A stretch of 62,930 nucleotides of DNA, counting the filler, from Octopus bimaculoides (taxonomy: Eukaryota), in the NCBI RefSeq assembly GCF_001194135.2. It is 5 parts of 5 records of this genome, joined end to end, with 100 filler letters (N's around TTAATTAATTAA, not from the genome) between each part and the next. Parts side by side here need not be neighbours in the genome. Positions count along the whole stretch, not along the records: positions 1 to 17,728 come from NC_069008.1; positions 17,829 to 33,060 come from NC_068986.1; 3 more parts are not named here. The stretch is one strand, 5' to 3'. The notes beneath the pieces were generated by a model that saw only the letters and a program-made list of their open reading frames with translations, made no database searches and was not told the origin of the DNA. Made by a program: the position numbers and the translations under genes. Of this stretch, positions 11,147-22,969 are shown piece by piece (positions within the stretch are counted from its first letter, which is position 1; each line of letters starts with the position of its first letter).

Positions 11147-11629
11147 GGTGTTACTGTTCCTTTTCATGAAATAGTAGTAGTGAGCCGTTGTTTGTAGAGT
11201 ATACTAAGCAAATTAATTGCTGATTCTACAGACAACAGCCAGGATTCTTGTTTACATTGAGAGATCTGGCGGCAGCGTTGACTGAAGGAAAACCAACGAT
11301 GTTAAAACACTGGTATTTCAGAGTCCGCTTACGTCACGGAATCGTGTGTGTCGTCAGCACATCGTCTGAAAGGCACAAGTTGTTCTCCGAAGACGAAATG
11401 CAACAGCAATTATCAAATTCACGCTCAAATCTGCCAAAATAAGTTACGAATCAATGTGAGGATCATCGAGTTGTTATTGTTGTTGTTGTTGTTGTTGCTG
11501 ACGCAGTTGTTCTTGTTACTGTTTTTGCTATAGTGTTACTGTTTTGTTCTAGTTGATGTTTTTGTTGTTGTACAGTTTTTGCAGTTGTTACTGTTTTTCT
11601 TGTCATTGATAATGTTGTTGTTTTTGTAA

Positions 11630-11683
<54 letters not shown>

Positions 11684-11883
11684 GTGTTCTTCTTGTTCAT
11701 GTAGTACCAAATAGCTCTTTGTTTTATAGAGTACAGTAAACAGATTAATTGCTGATTCTATAGGCAAGAGGCAGCGTTCTTGTTTTCATTCAGGGATCGG
11801 GAAGCAGCCTTGACTGAAGGGAAACAATGATGTCAAAACACTGGCGTTTCAAAGTTTCCTTAATCACTGAATCGAGTGTGTTG
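11147..11883 (+). repeat. Two diverged direct copies (about 200 bp, period about 532 bp), each preceded by (TAG)n and carrying a hammerhead-like relic
   Basis: 11147-11350 aligns by eye to 11683-11883. Confidence 0.75.
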
Positions 11884-12414
11884 TTAATGATATTCTTTTT
11901 TTTTTTTTCTTTTTCAGGACCTGGAGTGGCTGATTCCTTGGCTATATTTATCCGTTTGATTCCAAACTGACCAATCACACGATCTCTCTTGCTACTATTA
12001 TTGTTGTTGTTGTTGTTAACATCTATGCTTACACGATGACCATCATCACTGACAATATGTCAAGCGTCACTTAAAATTCAATAACCAACTCAATCCTTCA
12101 GCAATCTTTTGTTATCAATCACTTTTACTATTTCTCTCCATCTAGAGTAACACAATTATTGTTATTATTTAACACCCTGTTAATTGTCATCAAGATCTAT
12201 AATAAAAAGCCTTCCAGATGAGACCTTCATGATTTTTGGAATTATTCCTGTAAGTTATCTAATGTGTCAGTTTCAATTTTCAGATGGTGAGGTCTTGTTT
12301 GATGACGGTTTGGTTGCTATTTGTAGCAGGACCCGCAGCCACTTAGAAACTCTATCTCGTGTTTTCTTATATATGCTGTGTTGCTTCTTTGTGTGTATCT
12401 GTATGTGTGTGTGT

Positions 12415-12643
12415 TATTTCGTTACTGCCCACAAGGGGCTACACACAGAGGGGACAAACAAGGACAGACAAACGGATTAAGTCGATTATACCGACCCCAG
12501 TGCGTAACTGGTACTTATTTAATCGACCCCGAAAGGATGAAAGGCAAAGTCGACCTCGGCGGAATTTGAACTCAGAACGTAGCGGCAGACGAAATACCGC
12601 TAAGCATTTCGCCCGGCGTGCTAACGATTCTGCCAGCTCGCCG
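12415..12643 (-). mobile_element. SINE family A, long-tail monomer, near full length
   Basis: Head, core and tail ccccttgtgggcagtaacgaaata. Confidence 0.92.
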
Positions 12644-12807
12644 TGTGTGTATGAGTTGTATATGTGTGTGCGTGTGCGTGTAACGTGCAACGTGCGAACA
12701 TCTAAATTTCCTCAGTGCCTTTGCAATGTGTGTGTGCATTCAAGTTGAGATTTCTGGCGTTAGCTTGGTATGCATAGGAGCGTATGTACTCAGGGGCTGG
12801 ACTAGTA

Positions 12808-13224
12808 TACTCTTCTACTCTTTACTCTTTTACTTGTTTCAGTCATTTGACTGCAGCCATGCTAGAGCACCGCCTTTAGTCGAGAAAATCGACCCCAGGA
12901 CTTATTCTTTGTAAGCCTAGTACTTATTCTATCGGTCTCTTTTTGCTGAACCGCTAAGTTACGGGGACGTAAACACACCAACATCGGTTGTCAAGCGATG
13001 GTGGGGGGACAAACACAGACACACAAACATATACAAAAACATACATATATATATATACATACGACGGGCTTTCAGTTTCCATCTGCCAAATCCACTCACA
13101 AGGCTTTGGTCGGCCCGAGGCTATAGTAGAAGACACTTGTCCAAGGTGCCACGCAGTGGGACTGAACCCGGAACCATGTGGATGGTGAGCAAGCTACTTA
13201 CCACACAGCCACTCCCACGCCTAT
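12808..13224 (-). mobile_element. tRNA-derived SINE family B, full length, with internal microsatellite linker
   Basis: Head ggagtggctgtgtggtaag..gggttcagtcccactgcgtggcaccttgg, tail aatgactgaaacaagtaaaagag. Confidence 0.92.
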
Positions 13225-13432
13225 GAATATAAGTGTGTAGGTATATGTGTAAACTTTTGCAAGACATTTCCTGAGTGTGCGCTGCTATAACGTATGTGTG
13301 TGCTGTAGCAAGTGAATGGGCAAATGCAGATTGCAGTGTTAATTTCTATATGTGAATGTTGCCGAGGTTCAATCGAGAATTCATAGTTAAGTTCATAGAA
13401 TACAAGAGAAGTGGGATATAAGTAGGTTGTTT

Positions 13433-14303
13433 TTGTAGGCGCAGGAGTGGCTGTGTGGTAAATAGCTTGCTTACCAACCACATGGTTCCGGGTTCATTCG
13501 CACTGCGTGACACCTTGGGCAAGTGTCTTCTACTATAGCTTCGGTCCACCAAAGCCTTGTGTGTGGATTTGGTAGACGGAAACTGAAAGAAGGCCGTCGT
13601 GTATATGTATATATATATATAATACAAAGAATATATATACATGTATACACACATATATGTACATACTTACATCTACATGTGTATATATATGCATATCAGG
13701 GTACAGGACATTAGAACAATGAACTACAGACAACGGAACGAACACATAGAGAGCCACTTGGAATATTCCTTCATCAGCTGCCTCTATTCTAACCTGACGT
13801 TTCGAAGATAAGACAGAACGTTCTCTAGAATAGTCTCTTCCTGAGTAGTGGATCAACCCACTACACAGAGGATTCCAAGACAGGAAAAATTGGACAGTGA
13901 AAACAACATTCAAAAGCCGTACGGCCAAACGCGAATCTGAGGTAGAACGCTAGTAGTTCGTCTTGCCTTCACAGCGGCTGGAGTGAAAAGAAAGCTGACC
14001 ACAGGTCACACGAGAGCAGAGAGGATGGTGGAGGGAGGAAGTGGAACAAGGAGGAAGGGACAGAAAGGTATAGCAGTGAAGTAGAGGCCTTTGTATATGT
14101 TTGTGTGTCTGTGTTTGCCCCCCAACATCGCTTGACAACCGATGCTAGTGTGTTTACGTCTCCGTAACTTTGCGGTTCGGCAAGAGAGACCGATAGAATA
14201 AGTACTAGGCTTACAAAGAATAAGTCCTGGGGTCGATTTGCTCGACTAAAGGCGGTGCTCCAGCATGGCCGCAGTCAAATGACTGAAACAAGTAAAAGAG
14301 TAA
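13433..14303 (+). mobile_element. SINE family B split by a minus-strand PLE-terminal fragment (about 13640-14090)
   Basis: 5' half at 13433-13620, 3' half at 14094-14303. Confidence 0.85.
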
Positions 14304-14879
14304 GTACAGTATTGTTGAGATTCCAATGAAAGAGCTTTGGATCTAGGTTAGAAACCGGTTCTTTCTCCATAGGCAAGAAATCTTGAAATAAATTGAATAA
14401 TGACACACAGACACACACACACACACATTTATTTATTAATAATATATATACATACATATATACATACATCTCTCTCTATCTATATATATATTATATATAT
14501 ATATAATATATGTACAGAGTAAAGATTGTATACCAAAATAACGTGGTAGTCGACGAATGCTACTGCTATTTAGCCCCAGGAAACATCGTATCCATCTGGC
14601 TATACGGCACACTCTCTGTGTCCTTATATTTTCAAACAAGGGAGTTTACCATCCCCACTCACCACAAAACAATATCTGCCTATCGTGATTCTAGGTTATT
14701 TCCCTTCATCAGCACAGAGTAACTGTTCGGATAGAGGTGGCGCTGCTAAATTCTTGTTCGGAATATATAGTTTTCAAAGTGACACACAGGCATTGAGCTA
14801 ATAAAATAGAAAATTTACTATTTGTAAATCTCTCAACGAGAAACATTCAGTAACAGTACTCTAGAATACTGTCTCTTCT

Positions 14880-15450
14880 ATCCATCTTCTGTCTGTCTGC
14901 TTTCCTCTCTTTCTTTCCAACTAGTTCACCTCACCTACTAAAATTGAAGCAGATTTGATCAAGTCCGTTAGATCTTTTTGGGTTGCGCGTTTCACATTGT
15001 TACAGTCGAAGCGTCTTAGATTCACCGGCTTAGTCTCTGTTCTTGTAATTATTATATCATCGAGTCTTTTCCTGAGGTTTCTCTGTTCCTCACTCATATC
15101 CCCTCTTATTTCAGGGTTTTCTACATTATATTGATTGGCCGGCCTCTCCTCCACTACAACTTCACCTTGACTACGCATTCGCTGACCTTCACCTACGTTA
15201 TTCTTTTCGAGATTCTCACCCCTACAGAGGCTTTTCCTGTGGCACCTTCACGATTGGTTCTAATTCCGTTCACACCGTTATCATCATTTATTTTGCTTGA
15301 AATTTTCACTCACAAATGAGGTGTTTTTTTAGGTTACTACCAACCGATATCTTTATCTGGACACCATCTCCATCAAGGCAGGGTCCTTGCTCCTCTGGTT
15401 TGGGGCTTGGAGGGTTCCTTCTCCTAGGCTGCTTGCCACCCAGCTTAGGA
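14880..15450 (-). mobile_element. R4/Dong-like retrotransposon 5'/N-terminal fragment abutting (TTA)n at 15452-15513
   Basis: EEQRNLRKRL..TDLIKSASILVGE resembles the N-terminal region of these ORFs. Confidence 0.55.
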
Positions 15451-15513
<63 letters not shown>

Positions 15514-15835
15514 GTTAAGGCGGCGAGCTGGAATAATCATTAGGGCACTGGACGAAATACTAAGCGGTGTTTCGCTCTTCGCTACGGTCTGAGTTCGAAT
15601 TCCGCCGTTCATACTTTCAGGGTCGATAAAATAAGGGAAGTTTTGTTTCATTATGTTCTTCTTTGTGCGTAAACATGACTTGGTTGTAATATGATTGTTG
15701 CTCTTCTTGTGTACTTACATCTAAGCACTGTATTTGGTGAATCGACGAGTTTGTTGGTGTTGATTTTGTCTATGTGATTTTATGTGTATCTTTGCTGGAT
15801 GTGAGAGATAAAGGTCTACGTATCAGTTTACAGTT

Positions 15836-15879
<44 letters not shown>

Positions 15880-15882
<3 letters not shown>

Positions 15883-16075
15883 TCTCCCCAACATCGCTTG
15901 ACAACCGATGCTGGTGTGTTTACGTCCCCGTAACATAGCGGTTCGGCAAAAGAGACCGATAGAATAAATACTAGGCTTCCAAAGAATAAGTCCTGGGGTC
16001 GACTTGCCCGACTAAAGACGGTACTCCAGCATGGCCGCAGTCAAATGACTGAAACAAGTAAAAGAGAAAAGAGAA
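15880..16075 (+). mobile_element. SINE family B 3' half
   Basis: Matches 14094-14303. Confidence 0.88.
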
Positions 16076-16519
16076 ATCGTCACGTTTCGGTGTTAAAGGA
16101 ATGTTTTCACCTTTTCTTTTCCGACCACGTAACAATTTAGTTGAAGGCTAATTTGTTTCAGTGCAATGCAAAGTGAAAGCTCTGTAAAATTTCACGAAGC
16201 CAAGAAATTCACAAAACTTTTGTAACGGAATGGGAGTTGACATGTGCAAAAATGAAATTCAAATCACTTGTCACTTCATGAATAAATTCTCAGAATTCCG
16301 GGGCTCAAAAGTCACTCTAACGGGATTTATATTGGTCAAAATGTTTGGTAGTAATAATAGCTTTTGCTGAGAACTGGATGAGAGTTTTAAACATCTTTTG
16401 ATATCGCTGTCTGCGAACGAAGCTAGACTTCAATTTTCAGGAAACGGAAAAATCATTATGTTTTGTTTATCTGTTTACGTCGTTGCGACAATGAACGACT
16501 GAAGAATATGAAACCGTGA

Positions 16520-16910
16520 TTGTTGTTGTTGTTGACTCTCCGTCGCTTACGACGTCGAGGGTTCCAGTTGATCCGATCAACGGAACAGCCTGCTCGTGAA
16601 ATTAACGTGCAAGTGGCTGAGCACTCCACAGACACGTGTACCCTTAACGTGGTTCTCGGGCATATTCAGCGTGACACAGTGTGACAAGGCTGACCCTTTG
16701 AATTACAGGCACAACAGAAACAGGAAGTAAGAGTGAGAGAAAGTTGTGGTGAAAGAGTACAGCAGGGTTCGCCACCATCCCCTGCCGGAGCCTCGTGGAG
16801 CTTTAGGTGTTTTCGCTCAATAAACACTCACATCGCCTGGTCTGGGAATCGAAACTGCGATCCTATGACCGCGAGTCCGCTGCCCTAACCACTGGGCCAT
16901 TGCGCCTCCA
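16520..16910 (-). mobile_element. tRNA-Arg-like SINE family C with (CAA)n tail
   Basis: Head ggaggcgcaatggcccagtggttagggcagcggactcgcgg, tail gacggag..caacaacaac. Confidence 0.92.
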
Positions 16911-17320
16911 CGAAACTGTGATAACAACAAGTCAAATATGCTTCAAAATACTATCTATTGCTGTAAAAGAAAAAGGATTATTGAAAATGCCGAAAACTGG
17001 CTAGAAATAGCAGTCACAGTTATTTACTGTTGCTATATGATCGGCTGGAATTTCATCAGTGTGGGAATGGCTCGTGGAAATGACTTCTGGCTCTAGCATC
17101 TGTTGAACGTTTGATGCGAACAATAGAGAAGGCAGGTCACCAAGTTAGGAGTAACATTCAGCTGACAAAGACGTTGGAGTTAACATTTTAGTATAAAGAC
17201 ATCCACGGGTATTTTTCTTTTGTCGTCTGCGGTCATCATTATAATACCGTTGGAAGTATACAGTATTAAGTAGGCTGCTTGTAAAGGCAAGAATGACAAC
17301 ACTAATATTTGAATTTTCAG

Positions 17321-17367
17321 ATAATTTTGTTAACCCGGAACGTTTGCATTTATATGAATACAAATAG
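17321..17367 (+). CDS. Probable terminal coding exon D (DNFVNPERLHLYEYK*)
   Basis: Branch point ACTAAT at 17301-17306 plus ttttcAG at 17319-17320. Phase 1 is compatible with exon C. Spacing resembles the recalled C-terminal WxxGxVxxADxMxIF pattern of similar proteins. Needs a 9.9-kb intron. Confidence 0.5.
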
Positions 17368-17415
17368 TTGATCTAATGGAAAATAGCCATGAAATAACAA
17401 GGAAATCCTTGAAAG

Positions 17416-17748
17416 TCTTCTGCAATTCAGTATGTTAGATAATTTATATCTTCTGCAATTTAGTTTGTTAGATAATTTATATCTTCTGCAATTCAGTATG
17501 TTAGATAATTTATATCTTCTGCAATTCAGTTTGTTAGATAATTTATATCTTCTGCAATTTAGTTTGTTAGATAATTTATATCTTCTGCAATTTAGTTTGT
17601 TAGATAATTTATATCTTCTGCAATTCAGTATGTTAGATAATTTATACCTTCTGCAATTCAGTATGTTAGATAATTTATACCTTCTGCAATTCAGTATGTT
17701 AGATAATTTATATCTTCTGCAATTTAGTNNNNNNNNNNNNNNNNNNNN
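17416..17748 (+). repeat. 33-bp minisatellite, about 10 copies, running into a gap
   Basis: Unit tatgttagataatttatatcttctgcaattcag. No spacers. Confidence 0.97.
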
Positions 17749-18363
17749 NNNNNNNNNNNNNNNNNNNNNNNNTTAATTAATTAANNNNNNNNNNNNNNNN
17801 NNNNNNNNNNNNNNNNNNNNNNNNNNNNATAGAATAAATAAATATCAGCTTTAAAAATAAGCACCGGCGGTCGATTTGTTCGACTAAAACTCTTCTATGC
17901 GATGCCCCAGCATGGCCTCAATTATATCAGTGAAACAAGTAAAATGTGTGTGTGTGTGTGTGTGTGTGTGTTTGTGTGTGCGCCCGTGTGTATGTATGTG
18001 TATGTGCTTGTGTGTGCATGCCCGCGCGCATACGTGTGCGTTGATATATGCAAATTCATATGCATAAATATGTGTGTGTATATATATGCATGTAAATGTA
18101 AATATGTGTATATTTGTATGCGTCTGTATATATGTGTGTCTGTGAAATTATGTGCGCGAACGGGTGTATGTGTATGTGGGTGTGTGTGGGGGCGGTCGAG
18201 CGTGTTTTTGTGCGAGTGTGTACTTCTATGTGTGTAAACACAACTGAGCAAAGAGAAGCAAACGGATTAATTACGAAAAATAAAGGTATATTAAATACCG
18301 TATAAAATATTCTTGATTCATTAGAATTATCTCCCCGTCGAGAGAAAAATAAGCAATTGCGTT

Positions 18364-18770
18364 GGAGTGGCTGTGTGGTAAGTAGCTTGCTTACGAACCA
18401 CATGGTTCCGGTTTCAGTCCCACTGCGTGGTACCTTGGGCAAGTGTCTTCTACTATAGCCTCGGGCCGACCAAAGTCTTGTGAGTGGATTTGGTAGACGG
18501 AAACTGAAAGAAGCCCGTCGTATATATGTGTGTATACATATATGTATGTGTGTGTGTGTATATGTTTGTGTGTCTGTGTTTGTCCCCTCAACATCGCTTG
18601 ACAACAGATGCTGGTGTATTTATGTCCCCTTGACCTAGCAGTTCGGCAACAGAAACCGATAGAATAAGTACTAGGCTTCCAGAGAATAAGTCCTGGGGTC
18701 GATTTGCTCGACTAAAGGCGGTGCTCCAGCATGGCCGCATTCAAATGACTGAAACAAGTTAAAAGAGTAA
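18364..18770 (+). mobile_element. SINE family B, full length
   Basis: Complete head, linker and tail. Confidence 0.92.
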
Positions 18771-19048
18771 TTGTGCTGTAGCAATTGCGACGTTCTCCAA
18801 GTGAGACGGTAATATAATCACAAGAATCAAGAATTATCCGAAATCAACACACCCTTAATCAGAATACAGGTTAGTTATCTGGAGACAAAGAGGACATTTG
18901 TGGAAACGTGTTTCTATGTTAATTGATATCAGCACAGCAGCTGTCCTATCGAGTCTCGTTCAAACAAAATCTTTAGACGTATACAAAAGCAAATGTAGAA
19001 AACATTTATAGTCTATGTTAATTTGCATAATTTAAAAGAAAATTAGCT

Positions 19049-19471
19049 AGTGGCTGTGTGGTAAGAAGCTTGCTTCCCAACCACATCGTTCCAGGTTCAA
19101 TCCCACTGCGTGGCACCTTGGGCAAGTACCTTCTTCTATTATAGCCTCGAGCCGACGAAAGCCTTGTGAGTGGATTTGGTAGACGGAAACTGAAAGAAGC
19201 CCGTCGTATATGTGTATGTGCGTGTGTGTGTGTGTGTGTGTGTGCCTGTGTGTGTGTGTGCGTGCGTGTGTTTGTGTGTGTCCCTCCACCATCGCTTGGC
19301 AATCGATGCTGGTGTATTTACGTGACCGTAACTTAGCGGTTCGGCAAAAGAGATCCGACAGAATTAGTACTAGTCTTACAAAGCGTAAGTGCTAGGGACG
19401 ATTTCTTCGACTAAAGCCGGTGCTCCAGCATGACCGCAGTCGAATGACTGAAATAAATAAAAGAATAAAAG
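19049..19471 (+). mobile_element. SINE family B, full length
   Basis: Complete head, linker and tail. Confidence 0.9.
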
Positions 19472-19634
19472 GGAAGTAACTCAAATTGGCCAGTTGCATG
19501 AACATGGTTTGGTCTTCGAAATGGAAGAGTTACTGACAGAACTCAGCATAAAATAGATGCTTTGTATTTTTGATTTGAACTATGAAGTTACAGAAGTGAC
19601 TCAAAGGCCTAAAGATTGACGCCAGCATGACTAT

Positions 19635-19665
<31 letters not shown>

Positions 19666-19684
19666 ACACATTTACTATTCTTTT

Positions 19685-20075
19685 TTTTTACTCTAGACAC
19701 AAGGGCCTGGAGTTTTGAGGGGGGCGCAGGTGATTAGATCGACCTCAGTACACAACTGGTACCTAATTTATCGACCCCGAAAGAATGAAAGGCAAAGTCG
19801 ACCTTAGCGGAATTTGAACTCAGAACGTAACGGCAGACGAAATACTGCTAAGCATTTCGCCTGGCGTGCTAACGTTTCTTATTTGTTTATTGCCCACAAG
19901 GGGCTAAACATAGAGGGGACAAACAAGGACAGACAAAGTGATTAAATCGATTACATCGACTCCAGTGCATAACTGGTACTTATTCAATCAACCCTGGAAG
20001 GATGAAAGGCAAAGTCGACCTCGGCGGAATTTGAACTCAGAAAAGCATTTCGCCCGGCGCACAAACGTTTCTGCC
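19685..20075 (-). mobile_element. SINE family A dimer
   Basis: Long-tail unit fused to a head-truncated short-tail unit at about 19880. Confidence 0.85.
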
Positions 20076-20435
20076 NNNNNNNNNNNNNNNNNNNNNNNNN
20101 NNNNNNNNNNNNNNNNNNNNNNNNNNNNNNNNNNNNNNNNNNNNNNNNNNNNNNNNNNNNNNNNNNNNNNNNNNNNNNNNNNNNNNNNNNNNNNNNNNNN
20201 NNNNNNNNNNNNNNNNNNNNNNNNNNNNNNNNNNNNNNNNNNNNNNNNNNNNNNNNNNNNNNNNNNNNNNNNNNNNNNNNNNNNNNNNNNNNNNNNNNNN
20301 NNNNNNNNNNNNNNNNNNNNNNNNNNNNNNNNNNNNNNNNNNNNNNNNNNNNNNNNNNNNNNNNNNNNNNNNNNNNNNNNNNNNNNNNNNNNNNNNNNNN
20401 NNNNNNNNNNNNNNNNNNNNNNNNNNNNNNNNNNN

Positions 20436-20466
<31 letters not shown>

Positions 20467-20647
20467 AAGATACATTACCTATACATATATACGCACGCAC
20501 ACACACACACACACGCATCAATTTTTTTTTTTTTTCGATATTTCTTAAACCATAGTTTCTCTTCCTTCTCTATGGTATGTGTGATCTTTTCCTCAGTTTC
20601 TATGTTTGCGCTTTTTAAGTGAGATTTTTAGCCGTTATCAATCCTTT

Positions 20648-21035
20648 GGTGGAGGCGCAATGGCCCAGTGGTTAGGGCAGCAGATTCGCGATCATAGGAT
20701 CACGGTTTCGATTCCCAGCCCGGGCGTTGTGAGTGTTTATTGAGCGAAAACACCTAAAAGCTCCACGAGGCTCCGGCAGGGGATGGTGGCCAACCCTGCT
20801 GTACTCTTTCACCACAACTTTCTCTCACTCTCACTTCCTGTTTCTGTTGTACCTGTAATTCAAAGGGTCAGCCTTGACACACTGTGTCACGCTGAATATC
20901 CCCGAGAACTACGTTAAGGGTACACGTGTCTGTGGAGTGCTCAGCCACTTGCACGTTAATTTCACGAGCAGGCTGTTCCGTTGATCGGATCAACTGGAAG
21001 CCTCGACGTCGTAAGCGACGGAGTGCCAACAACAA
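20648..21035 (+). mobile_element. SINE family C, full length, with 11-bp TSD
   Basis: atcaatccttt at 20637-20647 and 21036-21046. Confidence 0.95.
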
Positions 21036-21059
21036 ATCAATCCTTTAAGAGATTTTTGA

Positions 21060-21500
21060 TCTGTATTTTATGTACCATAAGATTTTTCCTTTTTCTCAGA
21101 AACATATTTTTGTATATGCTGGCTTTCTTTCTGGGACATATTTATTGCACATAGCTTGCGTTATTAGCATAAATTTCTTAATTTTTTTTATGTGTAGACA
21201 GACTTTGGAACCAATTTTGTTTCAGGACATCTTATCTTTTGGAATTAATTTCCATTTAGCTTTTTGGTATTTGAGGCTGGACAGAATCCGTGAGCATCTT
21301 GTCGCGTCGCATCTATGTTTTCTTTTGGACCTCACGTTGTTAGTCTTCCTACATTGTGATTCGAGAAAATCGTCGATATTTCTTCGCTACTTAAACATTT
21401 TGGATGACTTCTGTATTGTTTGTGAAGCAGGAATCTAAAATGCTGTTTCCCCTGGTTAAATATTGCATTGTTTCTTCCCTGAACGTGGTTTCCAGGCCGT
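21060..21500 (-). mobile_element. CR1/Jockey-like LINE endonuclease-linker relic
   Basis: NSILDSCFTNNTEVIQNV and KAKWKLI..MCNKYVPERKP. Confidence 0.5.
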
Positions 21501-21549
21501 TTGACTTTGAGAAGATTTAAGTCACTTGCGAAAAGTAATTAAAGATGTG

Positions 21550-21591
<42 letters not shown>

Positions 21592-21884
21592 CATACATAT
21601 ATATAAGCTGTAATCTTTTGTATAAATATATATTGTTAATATAACAGTACATAAAGACGGGCTAGAGTTGAAGTGCACAGCATGAGCTAGAATTCATATT
21701 ATAGTAAAAATGGATACATAAGGGTGGAAAACCACAGGAACAATACCATATGGCCAACGCAAGATTTAATATGTGTGTGTGTGTGTGTGTGCGTGTGTGT
21801 GTATGTGTGTGTTCAATTCATTCTAGAATCGATAAATATATTGTTTTAAGTCTCTAAAATGTCTAAAAAGTAAGGTAAACTAAA

Positions 21885-21922
<38 letters not shown>

Positions 21923-22321
21923 CTGTGTGTGTGTGTGTGTGTAAGATCGAAAGATCGAGGCAAAGGAAGAAAGTGAGCTTCAAGCACTCCGTAGAAAATA
22001 TAAAAAACAACTTTCAGAAACAATAGTGGTTTATTGGGACGGAAGGTTGTGGATATTTTTCCTTATGGAAGTACGGTAAGCGGAAAAAAAAAAATTTATA
22101 TTCCACGGTAGGCAGCCAGGGTTGCCAGGTATGCGAATATATTTTGGCAAATCGAAAATTAGAAATAACAAGCCAACAAAAGTCAAAAGGACGTACAAAT
22201 GGAATGTATTAGCCTGTGACGCTCAGTATAAGATGGGAAAGAGAGCGGGTGTATAACGTTTTGAACATGGCTCTTCGTCAGAAAGAGGAGAAGGGAAAGG
22301 TTTGGAATAAGAACGTGTGTA

Positions 22322-22367
<46 letters not shown>

Positions 22368-22969
22368 GGTGCGTGTATAAGTGTAAGTGTAATGAACAAA
22401 GAAAAACAAAAAGAAGAAGACAATACAAGAGGGATACATTTGGAATAAGTATTGTATTAGCTTAAAGCTTAAAAAAAGGAAGAGGATGAGTATTGATGTT
22501 TCGGATCTTAGTCCTCTATCAAGAATGGAGGAAAGATGGGTTCGTGCACGTGAAAGTGTGTATTCGGGGGTTGATAAAATAAGCACCAATTCAGAATTTG
22601 GGGCGATGTAATCGAATAATACCGGCCCACTAAAGTTGCTGGCCTTGTAGCAAATTCGAAACAATTATGGCTGCGAGCGGGTAGAAACGTTAACGCGTCG
22701 GAATAAATGCTTAACAGTATTTTGTATAGTTCTTTACGTTCTGAGTTCAAATCTCGCCAAGATCAGTTTTTCCCTTTCGTCCTTCTGGACTCAATAAAAT
22801 AAAGTACCAGTTAAGGACTGAAGTGGGTGGTATTGACTAACTCAGTCCCCTAAATATTGCTGATCACGTGGCCTAAACCACAAGCGATTATCATTTACAC
22901 TTAGAATAGTGGAGTTGATTGACAAAGCTATTAGTATGTCGGACAAAATGCTTCGCGGTATTCTTTTCT

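Noticed and set aside
12292-12480. Alternative last exon after ttttcAG (DGEVLFDDGLVAICSR...)
   Set aside because: The frame runs on into a microsatellite and SINE and fits the expected short C-terminus worse than 17321. Not fully excluded.
17145-17376. Minus-strand ORF with an acceptor-like site overlapping exon D
   Set aside because: No recognisable motifs and no partner exons.
17416-17748. CRISPR array or repeat protein (MLDNLYLLQFS)n
   Set aside because: No unique spacers and a eukaryotic context. The ORF follows trivially from a stop-free 33-bp unit.
17773-17784. TTAATTAATTAA islands inside N runs (also at about 33105, 35413 and 59895)
   Set aside because: Identical all-frame-stop spacers within gaps: an assembly artefact, not biology.
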